DNA of 64,000 bases from Piromyces finnis finn (Eukaryota; Fungi; Neocallimastigomycota): positions 124,001 through 188,000 of the forward strand of contig MCFH01000052.1 of NCBI GenBank assembly GCA_002104945.1, given 5' to 3'. Under the pieces are notes generated by a model that searched no databases, was not told where the DNA came from, and saw nothing but the letters and a program-made list of their open reading frames with translations. The position numbers and the translations under genes were made by a program. Positions 46,554 to 60,599 of the stretch are shown in pieces (within the stretch, counting starts at the first letter, position 1; each line of letters begins with the position of its first letter).

Positions 46554-47344
46554 TGTAAAGATATAATATATATCTTTAGATTATTTAATAATTAATTATT
46601 AATTATTAAATAATAAATTAATATTTAGTAAAACTGATTATAAAATTTTTGAATAAATTTTATGGAATAATTTAATAATAAATTATTTTATAATAATTCC
46701 GTTAAATTTAAATTAAGATAAATATTTAAGTTTAAGGAATAAAAGAATTTTAATTAAATTTAAATATTTCAAATATTTTAAATAATTAAAATATTTTTTT
46801 AAATACTTTTTATTTAATTTTAGAATAGATTATACTTTTTTATTTAAATTTAGAATAGTTTAATAATTTTAACTTAGTTTTAAAAATAGATTTATTTATA
46901 TTTCAATAGGAAATATATTAAGAATAGTATTGATAATATTAAATTAATTTATAGAAAATACATGGGCTTTATTCAATTTTGAGTTTACTCAAATTGAATT
47001 AAAAGTATAATGAATTAGTTTAGTTTAGTTCTGTTATTTTATTATTTAATTAAATTAGTTTTGTTTATTTTATATTAAGTATATGTTTATTTAAATAGAA
47101 TAATATATTAGAATATAATTATGGAAAAATATAAATACATGTAATTTTTGTTTATTAAATCGATGTAATTGTTATTTTCAATTTTTTAATTATTAACTAT
47201 TATATAGTTAATAATATTTTTAAGAGTTTAAATAAAAATGTTTTTTTTAAAAATAAAAATTTAATGTTTTATTTTTTATTTTTGTGTTAATAAAAATTGT
47301 TTTGTTTTAAGTATAAAATCTGTTTTAAATTTTATACTTTTACA
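46554..47344 (+). mobile_element. Solo LTR (791 bp) inserted in the copia integrase
   Basis: TG..CA termini with TSD ATTAT at 46549-46553 and 47345-47349. Excision restores NAKEYKNKKIINFCENNGI. Confidence 0.9.
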
Positions 47345-50300
47345 ATTATTAACTTCTGCGAAAATAATGGAATTAATAAAATCTATTCTCCACCATATAA
47401 TCCAGAAAATAGTGGCATAGCAGAAAGATTCAATCAAACGATTATTTCATGTGCTAAGACATTGTTATTCTGGAGCAAATTATCAGAAAACTTCTGGGAT
47501 TACGCGATATTATACGCGAACTATTTATATAATAAAACGCCACATCAAATTTCTAAAAACAATATACTTGATGAAAGTTTTTATGGTCATAAAGTTAAAA
47601 TTGATCATTTAAGAACTTTCGGCTGTATCGCGTATTATAAAAATTTTGATCAAAATAAAACAAAATTCCAACCTAATTCACTATAAGGTATATTTCTTGG
47701 TTTTAGTGAAAAAACAAATAGTTATATTATTATGGATTATCAAAATTATTCAATACATAATGTAAGAGAGATATTTTGTCTAGAGGATAAACCAGAAAAT
47801 ATCTCATTATCAAATAATATAAAATCAAATTTACATGGTACACCATTCTTTAAATTTGATTTTAATTTCAGTAAATATGTGAAGATAAACGATAGATTTT
47901 TTATTAAAAATAATAATAAAATAAACAAAATTTTTAACAAATCGGACGATGATGATAATCATAAAGCCCAAGTTCCAGAGGAAACAAATAAAGATAATAA
48001 TAACGTAAGAACAAAAGAAAAGGAAGATAATAATCTCAAAGAAAAAGAAAAAGTTGAAGAAAATGAGTCAATAGCTTCAGATGATGAAGACTTCTATTCA
48101 TCTGACGAAAATGAAGATGAATTTAATATTGAAAATTGTGAAAAAAGTTTTAATAATAAAAATTTGTAAGATTTTGAATCAAAAATTGAAAATGAAAATA
48201 ATAATAATTTAGGTTCAGAAATTAATCAAAATAATAATAATTTAAGTTCTCAAGAAAACGAAAATAATAATAATTTAGGTTCAAATAATTTTTCTAACAA
48301 TACTAATATATTTTCTAATTCAAATACTAAAGACACAAATTATAATAATTTAAGTTCTAATAACTCAGAAAAATCAAACTCTATTAAATATGATAATTCA
48401 AGAGATAACAACAACATGGATATTGATTTTAATTCAGATAATAAAAATATTAACAATGAATATACAGATAATATACGTGAAATGTAAACAATAATATATT
48501 AAATGAATCAAATTACATCCCTAATTCAAATTCTAATATTAATCAATCATCTACTAATAAATACGTACAAAGTCCAAACTCTACATCAAACCCTAGATTT
48601 TCCGCAAGAAGAAGTTACAAAACCTTAATTATTGATAATAATAATAATTTCAATAAATCACAGGATTACAACAGATTAAGGAATATCATTGCAAAAAACA
48701 GATTTTATTATCCTAATAAAACCTCTTTTAATAGTCACTCCATTTCTAATTTGAAGAGAAAATTAAATAATAATACACATAAAATCTTTAGATATAAAAC
48801 AAAATTTAAAAAACCCTCTTTTAACTCTAAACATATTTTTAATATTGTTACAAATGTCTCATTTACATATAACGAAGCTGTCAATAGTATAGACCAAAAC
48901 AAATGGAAAACTGCTATAAATGAAGAATTATCCAATCTCTACAATAATAAAATTTTTACTTTTGTTAAATATGTCCCCAAAAATAAAAATTTAATTTCTA
49001 CAAAATGGGTCTTCACCAATAAAAGAGGTCCGAACAATACTATTATTAAAAGAAAGGTCCGAGTCGTTGCTAGAGGGTTCAAACAGAAAAAAGGTATTGA
49101 TTTCGATCTTACTTACCTCCCCTGTAGGCAATGGAATATAACCATCCCCAAATTTTTAACCAAGAATAATTACGAACAATTAATTTCAGAAAAATGTATC
49201 TTTAAAAAAGAACACAAAGGAAAATTAGTAGGGATTATAGGTTTTTACGTAGATGATATGGTAATTACAGGAGATAATAAAGAAATAGAAAGTATTGTAA
49301 AAACTATAAAACATAATTTCAAAGTATCTAAAGCCGAACCTATTAATTATATTCTCGGTATAAAAGTTGAAAGGGATAAAAACACATATACTATTTCTCA
49401 AAAGGTTTTATTGAAAAATTATTAGAAACATTTAATATACGTTACACAAGAAAAACTAATACTCCATGTGTAGGTGACAACATCAAAGGTGAAAATGATA
49501 CATCATTTAGTGTAACAACATATAAGAGTGCTATTGGTTCGTTAATATATTCGGCAAAATGTACCAGACCTGATATAGCATTTGCAGTAGGTAAAGCAAC
49601 TAGAAAATCCGAAAACCCCACTATATCTGACTGGATAAAAGTTACACACATATTAAAATATTTAAACACCACAAAGAACTTTAAAATTAATTATGAAGGA
49701 AAAGGAGAAATAATTTCTTATTGTGATGCAGATTTTGCTGGAGACATAAAAGATAGAAAATCCACTTCAGGAAATATTATACTAATGGGTAATAGTCCAA
49801 TATGCTGGAACAGTAAGAAGCAAACGATAGTAGCCACATCAACTGCCGAAGCGGAATACATAAGTACTTCAGAATGTGTCAAAAAGGTATTATGGATAAA
49901 AAACATATTAGAAGAATTATTTAACTTTAATAAACCAATTACTATTTACACTGATAATATAGCAAGTAAAACAAATATAGAAAACGATGAAATAAATCCA
50001 AAACTAAAACACATTGCTATTAAATATTTTTTCAATAAAGGTAACATTGATAAAGGAAAGGTAAAATTAAATTATATAGATACTAAAAATATGTTAGCTG
50101 ATGTATTAACTAAAGCAACCAATGGTCCGAAAATGTCAAACTTTATAAACAAAATTTTTCTAATGAAAAATTAGTTTGAGGGAGGAATGTTAACATAATA
50201 CAAAATCATGTAATATATTATAAATCATAATGTAATAATATGTATTTGAAATAATGTAATAGAATAATGTAGCATAATAACGTAATGTATTTGTTATATG

Positions 50301-50497
50301 TATGATATAAATGTAATGAAAATTTTTATTTAATAAAATAGAAGACTTTATAATAAAATATATAAATAAACATATACATTTGTGTAATAGCTCTCGAGTA
50401 CCGTAAAACTAGCTGGTTAATAATAATAATAATAATAATAATAATTATTATTATTATTATTAATTTATTATTTATAAATTTAATTATTTATCAATTT

Positions 50498-51489
50498 TGA
50501 TAAATAATAATTAAAAATATATTATAAATTTGATATTAGTAGAAAATTTTATTATAAAATAATTATTAAATAATTATATATAGTTTATTATAAAAATATT
50601 GTTTTATTACATTAATTTGGTTGTATCATTTTAACCAATCCATGTATAATGTATTAAATTAATATAAAAGAATAATCTTGATTCGCTTTTGAGAAATCAA
50701 GAGTTATTATTATATAAATTTATTGATAAATAAAGTATTATTATTAAAAAGGAATATTTTGTTTAAAGTGTGTTTTTATATTTATGTGTTAATATTAATA
50801 TTTTTATTTATTAGTATTTTTATATAATAAACTCGAAATTAATATTTTAATTTTCTTTCTCAAATTAGTAATAGTTAATTATTTAATTATTATTAATTTG
50901 TAGAAGAAGTTATTTATAAGTCATTTATAAGTAACTTCTTACAATTTGATATGGTAAGTATATTATCTTAATTCTATATTTTACTATAGAAAGTGATAAT
51001 ATCTGTATCTAAAATTTTATAAATAAAAATAAAGAAAATAAAAATAAATGATTTTTGTACTTGTTCATTTTGCAAGTGTTAGTTTTATAGAATAAAATTT
51101 ATTTTATTTAATTATAAAATTATATCATTATTTAATAACTCTAGTATTATTAAATAACTACAAAAAATGTATGTTTTATATTCTAATTTTCAGGGATTAT
51201 TAGTAACCCTTTTAAAAATAAGTTTTATTATAAAATCATTTTTGAATTTAATATTTAAAAATATATATCTAATTTTTCGCTCTGGATTATTAGGAACAAC
51301 TTTTAAAAGGAATATTTTCTATTAATATATATACAAAATATTATTTTAAAGTATAACTATAAACAAATATAAACTATTTAATTTAAAAAGAATTAAACAA
51401 TTAAATAAACAAAAAGTTTACATTTACAATTTTTAATTTAATAATTTTATACAAGTTAAATATTTTAATTTTTATCTGTATTTTAATTA

Positions 51490-51524
<35 letters not shown>

Positions 51525-51553
51525 TTATAATTTATAAATCTAATTATTTATCA
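50498..51553 (-). mobile_element. Adjacent LTR pieces: an unassigned TG..CA unit (50498-50943) and a family-T LTR (50947-51553)
   Basis: ATTT flanks the first unit on both sides. The second is homologous to the 34463 and 36900 LTRs but has no matching TSD. Confidence 0.6.
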
Positions 51554-51564
51554 GATCTGTTACA

Positions 51565-54500
51565 GTAGCATTATTATAACTGAATTCGGCTAAGTATAAG
51601 TAATCATTTCAGTCATTACCTTTATAGTCAGTATAGCATCTTAAATATTGCTCCACAACGGAGTTCACCCTCTTCGTTAAACCATTATTTTGGTGGTGAA
51701 ATGGGGAAGCTAACTTCATAGTTATATTGAGAGTATTGCAAATAGCTGTCCAGAATTTAGAGGTGAATTGGGCACCTCTATCAGAAAGAATTTCATTTGG
51801 TAAACCATGAAGTTTAAATACATGTCTCATAAAAGCGGAAGCGGTATCAACGGCGGAAGGAACGTTTGGAAAAGCAATAAAATGACCCATTTTGGTGAAG
51901 CGATCGAGAACAACCAGTTGTAAAAGTTTTATAAAATTTAAAACAAATTATAAAATTTCACAATAAAACTACACCAAAATAAAATAAAAAAATAAAAAAA
52001 AAACGAAAACAAAATATATTTAAAATTCTCTTTTTATTAATTTATTTAGTTATTAACTAAATTATGGTCAATAACAATTACATTGTTTTAATCAAGAAAT
52101 TTTACATGTATTTATATTTTGTGTAAATTATATTTTAATATACTATTCTATTTAATTATACATATATTCAATATAAAATAAACAAAACTAATTTAATACT
52201 AATTTAAATAAATAATAAAATAATAAAACTAAACTAAAACTAATTAAATAAACTTTTGATTCAATTTGAGTAAACTACAAATTGAATACAGTCCATGTAT
52301 TACCTATATATTAATTAAATATTAATAATACTATTTATTATATATTTATAATTAAAAATGCTAATTTAAAACTACGCTAAAGTTATTAAACTAATTTTAA
52401 TTAAATAAAAACTTTTTAAGATTTAATTTGAATATTTAAAATATTTAAATTTAATTATCCATTAATTTAAATATTTATCCAAAATTCATTTCTAACTTTG
52501 ATATTTTAAAATTAATCTTTATTTAATTATTCCATAAAATTTATAAAATAAATTCTACAAATAAATTTTCATTAAAATATCAAAATTATTATTTAATAAT
52601 TATTAATTAATTATTTATTAAATAATTTAAAGATATATTTTATATCTTTACACCAGTATACAAGTAAATCCATTAGACAAAGGAAGATCGGTTATAAAAT
52701 TCATAGAAAGAGATACCCAGGGAATTGATGGAAGGTTAAGAGGGTTAAGAAAGCCGTAAGGTTTATGTCCAAAATCTTTGGATCGGGAATAAGTATCTCA
52801 AGATCGGATATAGTCCTTAATATCAGTATTCATGGAGGGCCACCAAAAGTCATGATAGATCAAAGAAGTAGTTTTCTTGATGCCGAAGAGTCCAGCGGAA
52901 GGGGAATCATGACAAATATTCAGTACAGATGGTCGACAGGCAGGAGGAACATAAATCCTATTTTTAAAAAGTAAAAAACTATTGTTAATTGAGAAATTCT
53001 TACCTTTAACCTTAGATGATTTGTTTTTCATTATGGGTGAGCTAAGTTGATTACAAATTTCATTATAAAATTCATTATTTTTGTATCCTGATAAAATTTG
53101 TTCATTTAAGGAAGAAACCGTAGTGATAATAGCACAAAAGTTTTCAGGTCTAAGAACTGAAAATGGTGTATCAGAGGAAGAAGAATCATAAGAAGTAACG
53201 TAATCTGAACGACGAGATAAAGTATCGGCTTTTCCATTAGAATATCCTGGACGATAGACTATTTTAAAATTAAATCCTGATAAAAACAAAGACCAACGAA
53301 CAAGTCTTTGTCATTTTCTCTGGTTTCTTCTGGAAAAGGAAATTGCGATGGTCAGAGATAATTTTAAATTGGGTTTCCGTTCCTTTCAAAAAGTGTCTCC
53401 AGTGTTCGAGTGAGTCCACGATGGCCAAGAGTTCTTTATCATAAATGGAATAATTACGTTCAGCAGATGTTAGAGATCTTGAATAGAAAGCTACTGCATG
53501 AGTAATATTATCAGTTGGTGATGTCTGAGAAAGTATGGCCCCAATCGCGAAATTACTTCGCGAAATTACTACTATCGGTTTCTATCATAAAAGGAAGGTC
53601 TCTATTAGGGTAAGCCAAAATAGGTGCGGAGGCGAATTTTGATTTTATTGTGTTAAAAGAGACTAATACTTCACCGGATACTTTAAATTTTACATTTTTT
53701 CTTAAAAAATTATTGAGGGGATGGTCAATCTTTGCGTAACCTGAAATAAATTGGCGGTAATAATTAGCTAAACCTAAGAATTGTTGTAACTCCTTAACAT
53801 TAATTGGAATAGGACATTCTAAAATAGAAGAGATTTTCTTCGGATCCATAAGTATTCCATCGGCTGATATTCGGTGACCAAGAAAGTCAAGGAAGGGACT
53901 AAAAAATTCACATTTTTCTAGTTTTGCAAATAGGCCAGCTTCTCGAAGCCATTTTAAAACTTCTGATAAGTGCTTAAGATGAGCAGAGGCGTCATTGGAG
54001 AAAACTATAATGTCATCAATATAGCTGTATACAAATTTTCCTAAAATATCTTCAAGGACATCGTTGATAAAATGTTGGAAAATGGCTGGGGCGTTTTTCA
54101 ACCCAAAAGGCATTACTATATACTCGAAATGTCCAAACTTACATGTGAAAGCTGTTTTATACTCGTCTCCTTCCTTTATTCTTATAAGATTATAGGCAGA
54201 TCGGAGATCGAGTTTTGAAAATATTCTACTCTTTCCTAGATGTTCTAACATATCATTTATTAAAGGGAGCGGGTAAGAGTCCCGAGTTGTAATATCGTTT
54301 AGGCGGCGGTAATCTACATACATTTTTAGTTCTCCGCTCTTCTTTGGTACGAAAAGTACCGGAGCTCCAGCTGGAGATTTTGATTTCCTGATGAATCCCT
54401 TAGAGAGGTTTTCTTCAATGTAATCTTTAAGTGCATTTGACTCTTTCTCAGTTAACGGATAAATTGGCCCGTAAAATAGCTTAGAGTCTGATTGCAATTT

Positions 54501-55877
54501 GATTTCACAATCATATGGCCTATGAGGCGGCAACTTATTGGTAGATCCTTCATCAAAAACATACTTAAATGGAAGAAGTTTAGCTGTTAATAACTCTTGA
54601 ATTTTATTATCAGTTTTTGGTTCAATGCTTTCCTTCAAATTTGATTTCTCTGGAGTGACAAAATCAGTAAATGTGCTTGGGATAATTAAGCAACTTGAGA
54701 TACAATGTTTAGAATTAAAGGTTAATTCTTTTGTGGAGAAATTAATAGTTGGGTTGTGAATACTCAACCATTCTGTTTCAAGAATTGCGCAATATGAGGG
54801 GAGATCCACGAAGTAAAATTCCACAGAACATTTATGGTTTTCATAATTGATCGAGATTGGAAGTGTTTTTCCTAGTATTGGTTGATTTCCTCAAATTCCA
54901 GACACTTTGGGCAGGTTGGTTTCTTTGAAGTAGGGAATGTTCTTTTCCTTGACGAAGACTATATCAATTAAATTTAACTGAGAACCTGAATCCAGCAGCA
55001 TTTTCGCTTTGGTAGAAATGTTTGATACTAACATATCGAATTGGTAAATAGGAAAATTGACGTTAGCTATATCTGAAATCCTTGGTCTTGGGGTAAAAGT
55101 TGGTTCAGGGTTGGTTATATGTGCACTACTTGAGGGGGCTTTATTCCTATTCTTAAGTGGGCATTTGTCTAAAAGATGTTCGTTTGATCCACAGTAGAGA
55201 CATAGATTTTCGGCTCTTCTTCTATCTTTTTCTTCTTTAGATAAAGGTCCACGATGCTTACTTGTATTGAAAGGTTTTCTATTGAACATAGGCTTCCTGT
55301 TGACATTGTTAGACTTCATATTATTCCGGCCTTGATTATGAAAAAGTTGCTTATGGGTTGAGAGGCGGCATTCTTTTCTTGATGCAATTGTTTGCATGGC
55401 AACGAGAGATCGAGGTCCAGGGAACATTTCCAAGATTCTAGTAGCTATTTGTTCATTTAGGCCTACTAGAAAAGAGTCCATTTTTGCTTCTTCGTTCCAT
55501 GAAGACTCGTCAGCGTAGTTGTTAAATTCCAAAATATAGTTTCTAATATCTCTTAGTCTGTGTTGCTTTATAGTTCTTAATTTTTGATTAGCAATAAAGG
55601 TAGCGTCATGATTTCCATACATAGCTTTTAACCTTCCGACAAACGCTTCGTAGTCATTTAGGCAGGGATCGTGGTTATTCATCAGGGTAGCAGCCAAATT
55701 CATAGCAGTTCCAAAAAGTCGAGATATAATATATAAAATTTTGTTATTATCATCTTCGAATTTTTCAGGATAAATCATGAATAGTAACTCGGCTTTTGTT
55801 AAAAATCCTTTGAAGTAACGACGGTCTCCAGCAAAACCATCTTTGAAGGTAGCATTATTTATATTTTCTTCTTCCAT
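51565..55877 (-). mobile_element. Decayed Ty3/gypsy element (gag with CCHC, protease, RT, RNase H, truncated integrase)
   Basis: CLYCGSNEHLLDKC, LLDSGSQLNLI and YIDDIIVFS are present. An in-frame TGA sits at 54891 within SGI*GN. A 13-bp duplication at about 53545-53570 breaks RNase H. The integrase is split by a solo LTR and truncated near 51565. No LTR confidently assigned. Confidence 0.88.
51919..52652 (-). mobile_element. Solo LTR (734 bp) inserted in the gypsy integrase
   Basis: TG..CA termini with TSD CCAGT at 51914-51918 and 52653-52657. Excision restores FTCILVVLDRFTKMGHF. Same family as 46554. Confidence 0.9.
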
Positions 55878-56493
55878 TTTTACTAAAATAAGTTATTTCA
55901 TAAAGGGTAGAATCCCAAAACGGTGGAGTTATAAAAGAGTATAATTCCAAGAGGATAGAGTTCTAAGAGCTGGTTTAGTATTTGGTGTATAGGTATTGCA
56001 TTATTTTGAAAGGTGTTTTATTGTAATGTTTTTATTAGATAAATAATAATATTATTATTATTGTATCAATAAAAACTAAATTTTATCACAATAGGTATAC
56101 ACCAAAATAAGTAATTTGTTTTTTTAGAAAAATAATTTTTTATTAATAAAAATCTAGAAATTAATTTTATTTATTAATTAGTATTTGCAATATTTTAAAT
56201 TACTTATTCCTAATTAATAAAAACATGAAGAAAAATTTTTTTGATGAAAAATTCACTCGTATTTATACTTTTTATAAAAATTTTTAGAATTTCTAAGAAT
56301 TAATTTCATTATATAAAAATAGAAAAATAGAATAATTTTTTAATTTTTTAGAATATTCTTAATTTCTTTAAATTAATTGATAAAAATTATAGAACTACAA
56401 TAATTGCTACATTAATGTATTTATATTTTGTAATAATAAAAATTATTTATAAAATTGGTATCAGGTTTAGTTGAACCCAGAATATTCAAATTG

Positions 56494-57407
56494 ATAATTC
56501 TGGTTTTGACTATTGAATCAATATAGCTATTTTATAGATTCGTTACAAAATTGATAATTGTAAAATAAACTATTCTAGTTCAGGTTTGTATACACTTTAC
56601 TAACTAAACTAACAAATTATTTTTATTTATTATATTTTATTTATTTATTAAATTATTTAAACTAAACTAAACTATAACAACCGTTGATTACTTTACCGTG
56701 AAGGATATTTTACCAGAGCTCTCACTAGGTAATCAATAAATAATTTTTTATTATTAAAACTAAATTAAACTAAACTATATAAACTAAACTATATACGATT
56801 TTCCAACTATCGTTTCAATAGTTGAAAAATTTTCTTTATTTATACTTTTTAAATAAATTGAATAAATTCTAATATACATGTTTTAATATTATAATTTTAC
56901 ATTGTTTACATTTATACATTTATTAAAAGAATTTATTTGTATTAAACTATTTAAATTCAATTTATTTACTAAAGAATTTTCTAAACAAAAAATAAAGTTT
57001 GATTTATTTACTATATGGTTGATTATATTTCAAACATATATTTAATTTATTTATTTTTAATTTTGAGGCTTAGTTTATAAAAAAAATTTTTTATTATCTA
57101 AAATATTTATTGGTTAAAAATTATTTAATTTAAAATTTTATTTTATCATCAAAAACTTTATCTTATCATAAAATTAAATTTTTCATAAATTTATGTTAAT
57201 GTATTGTGATGTAAATTTTGTGAAATTTTACGGTACATTAATTTGATACATTATACATTATTTTAAATACGTATTAAATACATTATTCTATTAATACAAT
57301 ATTTTACAATAATTCTGGTTTTGACTATTGAACCAATATAGCTATTAAACTATTTTATTGATAACGGATTGTGTAAAATATTCTAAACTAGTTCAGGTTT
57401 GTATACG
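56494..57407 (+). repeat. Diverged ~100-bp direct repeats about 815 bp apart
   Basis: ATAATTCTGGTTTTGACTATTGAA...AGTTCAGGTTTGTATAC at about 56494-56597 and 57309-57407. Confidence 0.6.
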
Positions 57408-57409
57408 TA

Positions 57410-60000
57410 TGTCAAGAATAGAAGACGATTAAAAAATAAATTAAATATTTAAATAAACAATTTAGAAATCAAATTTATATTTCAAAAATTATTAAAATAC
57501 TTTTAAAAATAATTAAAAGATCACTTTGAAAAAATTTAATATTGAAAAGGGTTAAGGATCACAAAAATTTAATTTTCAATAATTTAACCCTTGTGAAAAA
57601 AAATACATTATACGAAACTAGTGACAACTTCTGAATCTCAAATCAACTTTAATAGAAAGTACTAGTTGAGATCTATATTCTCACAAATTTTCAGCTAATT
57701 TAGACCACTAGTTATGGAGATATGGCTATTTAAAGATTTAATTAGTTTCAATTAATATACATAAAAATGATCAATATTAACTTATATAATTAAAGTCATT
57801 ATTCAAGTCATCCAACTTTCTATAAATAATTCAATTTAAAAATTCTCCATTATTATTAAATAAGATTAGATAATAAATATTCTTGATTATAAACCTAATC
57901 AATTATAAAAGTTAATTAATACTTTTCAAATAATTTTTGATTAATAACCTCAATCATAATTAAACCAAAAAACCTTTGGATCAAAAATCATTAGTTATAA
58001 TTATTAATTAATTAATCATGAGAATATATAATTAGTATCAGTAATTGTTATTCTCAATTTATAATATTAAATATTTACAATTTAAAATGGTTAAAACAAT
58101 ACTTTTATTTTAAAAGTAATTTAAAAGATTAATCTTAAGATCTATCATATGAATTCATATTATTAATATCAATATCAATTATTAATATTTTAATTTAAAA
58201 TTATTTTATTTTTATCTTTATTATTAATATCAATATTAATATCAATGTAATTTTATTATATGTAAGAAAAAAGTATTTAAACAAAGAATTGAAATTAGTT
58301 TTGAAATTCTTTGTAAGATTATTAATTATTAATTATTAATTATTAATTATAATATAACTTAATAAATATTATCTTAATAAATTAATAATTAATAAACAAA
58401 TTTCATAATTAAATTATATTAAAATTCTTATTTTAAATATAAAAACCTATTTAATTTTTAAATTTGTATTATTTAAAATTCTTTAATAAGTTTTAAAGAA
58501 AAGGTTTAATAATAAACAAGTTTAATATTTTATTCTAGATTAAGTTATATTATATAAAACATTCTGACCAAGTTACATACCAACCCAAGCCCACTTTACA
58601 AATATTAATATTAATATTAATATTAAAACACAGATAGTTAAAAATTAAAATAATTAACTTTATTAAAATTATTAAATTAAAAATTGTAAATGTAAACTTT
58701 TTGTTTATTTAAATGTTTATTTCTTTTTTAAATTAAATAGTTTATATTTGTTTATAATTATACTTTAAAATAATAATTTTGTATAAATAGTAATAGAATA
58801 TATTCATTTTAAAAGATGTTCCTATTAATCCGTCAAAATTAGATATATTATATTAAACTTAATAAATGGTTACTAATTATTCATGAGAAATAATTAGTTA
58901 TTTATTTTAATAAAACAATATTTTTTTATATAACTTCTATGATACATACAAGATGTATTAATTATTTAATAATACGAGAGTTATTAAATAATATTATAAT
59001 TTTATAATTAAATATAATAAACTTTATATTTTTAAAAATTAACTAATACTTGCAAATGAACAAGTATAAAAATCATTTATTTTATTTTTAATTTTCTTAT
59101 TTTTATTTATTAAATATTAGATACAAATACTATCACTTTTTAGAGTAAAATATAGAATTAAGATAATATTCTCCTTGTATCAAAATGATAAATAATGAAA
59201 TTAATAAATATAAAATTATTATTATACCTGACTTTTATGTCACGAATACTAGTGAAATCTGCGATTTCAAGATCACTTGAAATTGTAAAATTACTTATAA
59301 GATTTCAAAATCAACAATATTTTATTTTCAAATAAATTATAAAATTATATTAAGAAATATTTAAAAATTTAGAAAAGGTTAAGATATGACCTTAACTCTT
59401 AATAATTTTTATAATAAATAACTTTAACCCTTATTGTCAAAATTGAATAAGGAAAAACAATCGTAACTCCTTAACGAATGACGATTTTTGGGAAATTATG
59501 GTTGGGAAATTGTGGGTTCGTTAGAAAGCCACGCTCGAGATAAAAAGCATATCTTAAAATCAGGTCAATATCTCTGCTGGTTCACGAGATATTCCAATTT
59601 AAAGATATTTTGTTAGTAATGATTACTTATTTATTCAGAGAATTATCACCCCTAATGTATCAAACATAAATCATTCACTCAATAGGATAAAAATTATTGT
59701 TTTAATTAAATTAAAATTATTTTCCGTAACTAATTAACTTTATTTTACAATAATTATTTCAATAACATAACTTATAATCTTTGAATTAGAAGATTATAAT
59801 TATTAATATTATATACAATGAATTATATTATAATTAAGAAATAATTAATATTATAAATATTATAAACAATAGTTGTTTGTAATAATTAGTAATAAGTCTT
59901 AAGTTTAGTTTTAGTATTATAAAATATATTATGAATATAATCATGTATTGAAAAGTTATTTTATTATTAAATGTAAAATTACAAATAGTATAAATAGTTT
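57410..60000. mobile_element. Cluster of degenerate LTRs: family D-like (57410-58600 and from 59238, minus) and family T (about 58620-59182, plus)
   Basis: Block similarity to 35843-36843 (GGTCAGAATG, AAGGGTTA and GCTTTCTAA cores) and to the 559-bp LTR. Boundaries are approximate. Confidence 0.6.
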
Positions 60001-60599
60001 ATGAAATTAAAATCTTTGTAAAGGTTAATAACAATAATTAATACTTAATAAGTATTGCTATTAAATAATCTTATTATATTCTATATTAATATTTTATTTA
60101 AATAAAATAAAAAGAAATTATTTTAACCACAATATATAATTTAACTATTCGTTTATGAAACAATTAAGAAGATTATTTTAATAAAAAATTTTTATAACCT
60201 AGTTATCTTTTAATCTTTTATTAATTTAATATTTTAATATTAAATTATAAGTTTAGTAAAACTTTTACATTTTAAGTCAACCCTAAAAGTAACTTAAAAT
60301 AAGTTAGAGTTTAATTAATTACTTTTACCAAAATTTTAAAATAAAATTAATCCTTAACTGCATATATATTTGATTATTGAAAAAAAATAATAAACTTTAA
60401 TTAATCGAGATCAAAATATATAACTTTTGTTAAATTAATTGTTAAATTAAATATTTAATAACTTCTTTAGTAAATTACACTTTAAAAGTAAACAAAATAA
60501 TAATTCATGTTATAAAATAATATAATTAAACACCTTTATTAAAACATTAAAAATAATTATTATTTTAATTAATTGTAAAATAAACAACTTTTTATATTC

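Larger units (their letters stand above)
33267..50422 (+). mobile_element. Decayed Ty1/copia LTR retrotransposon that hosts the nested insertions
   Basis: 235-bp LTRs at 33267-33501 and 50188-50422 differ at 3 sites by eye, with ATAAT on both flanks. gag starts at 33585. Protease VYDSGAGEH is at 45728. The HHCC and DDE integrase spans 46160-47690. RT (FYVDDMVI) and RNase H (CDADFAG, STAEAEY) follow. PPT GAGGGAGGAA precedes the 3' LTR. Many stops and frameshifts. Confidence 0.92.

Noticed and set aside
33267-55877. RIP-like hypermutation as the cause of TE decay
   Set aside because: Lesions are mixed indels and substitutions, and near-identical LTR pairs persist. I cannot show a directional C-to-T bias without alignments.
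56456-56464. TGGTATCAG, resembling a tRNA-iMet PBS
   Set aside because: Not preceded by an LTR-ending CA, and the match stops after 9 nt.
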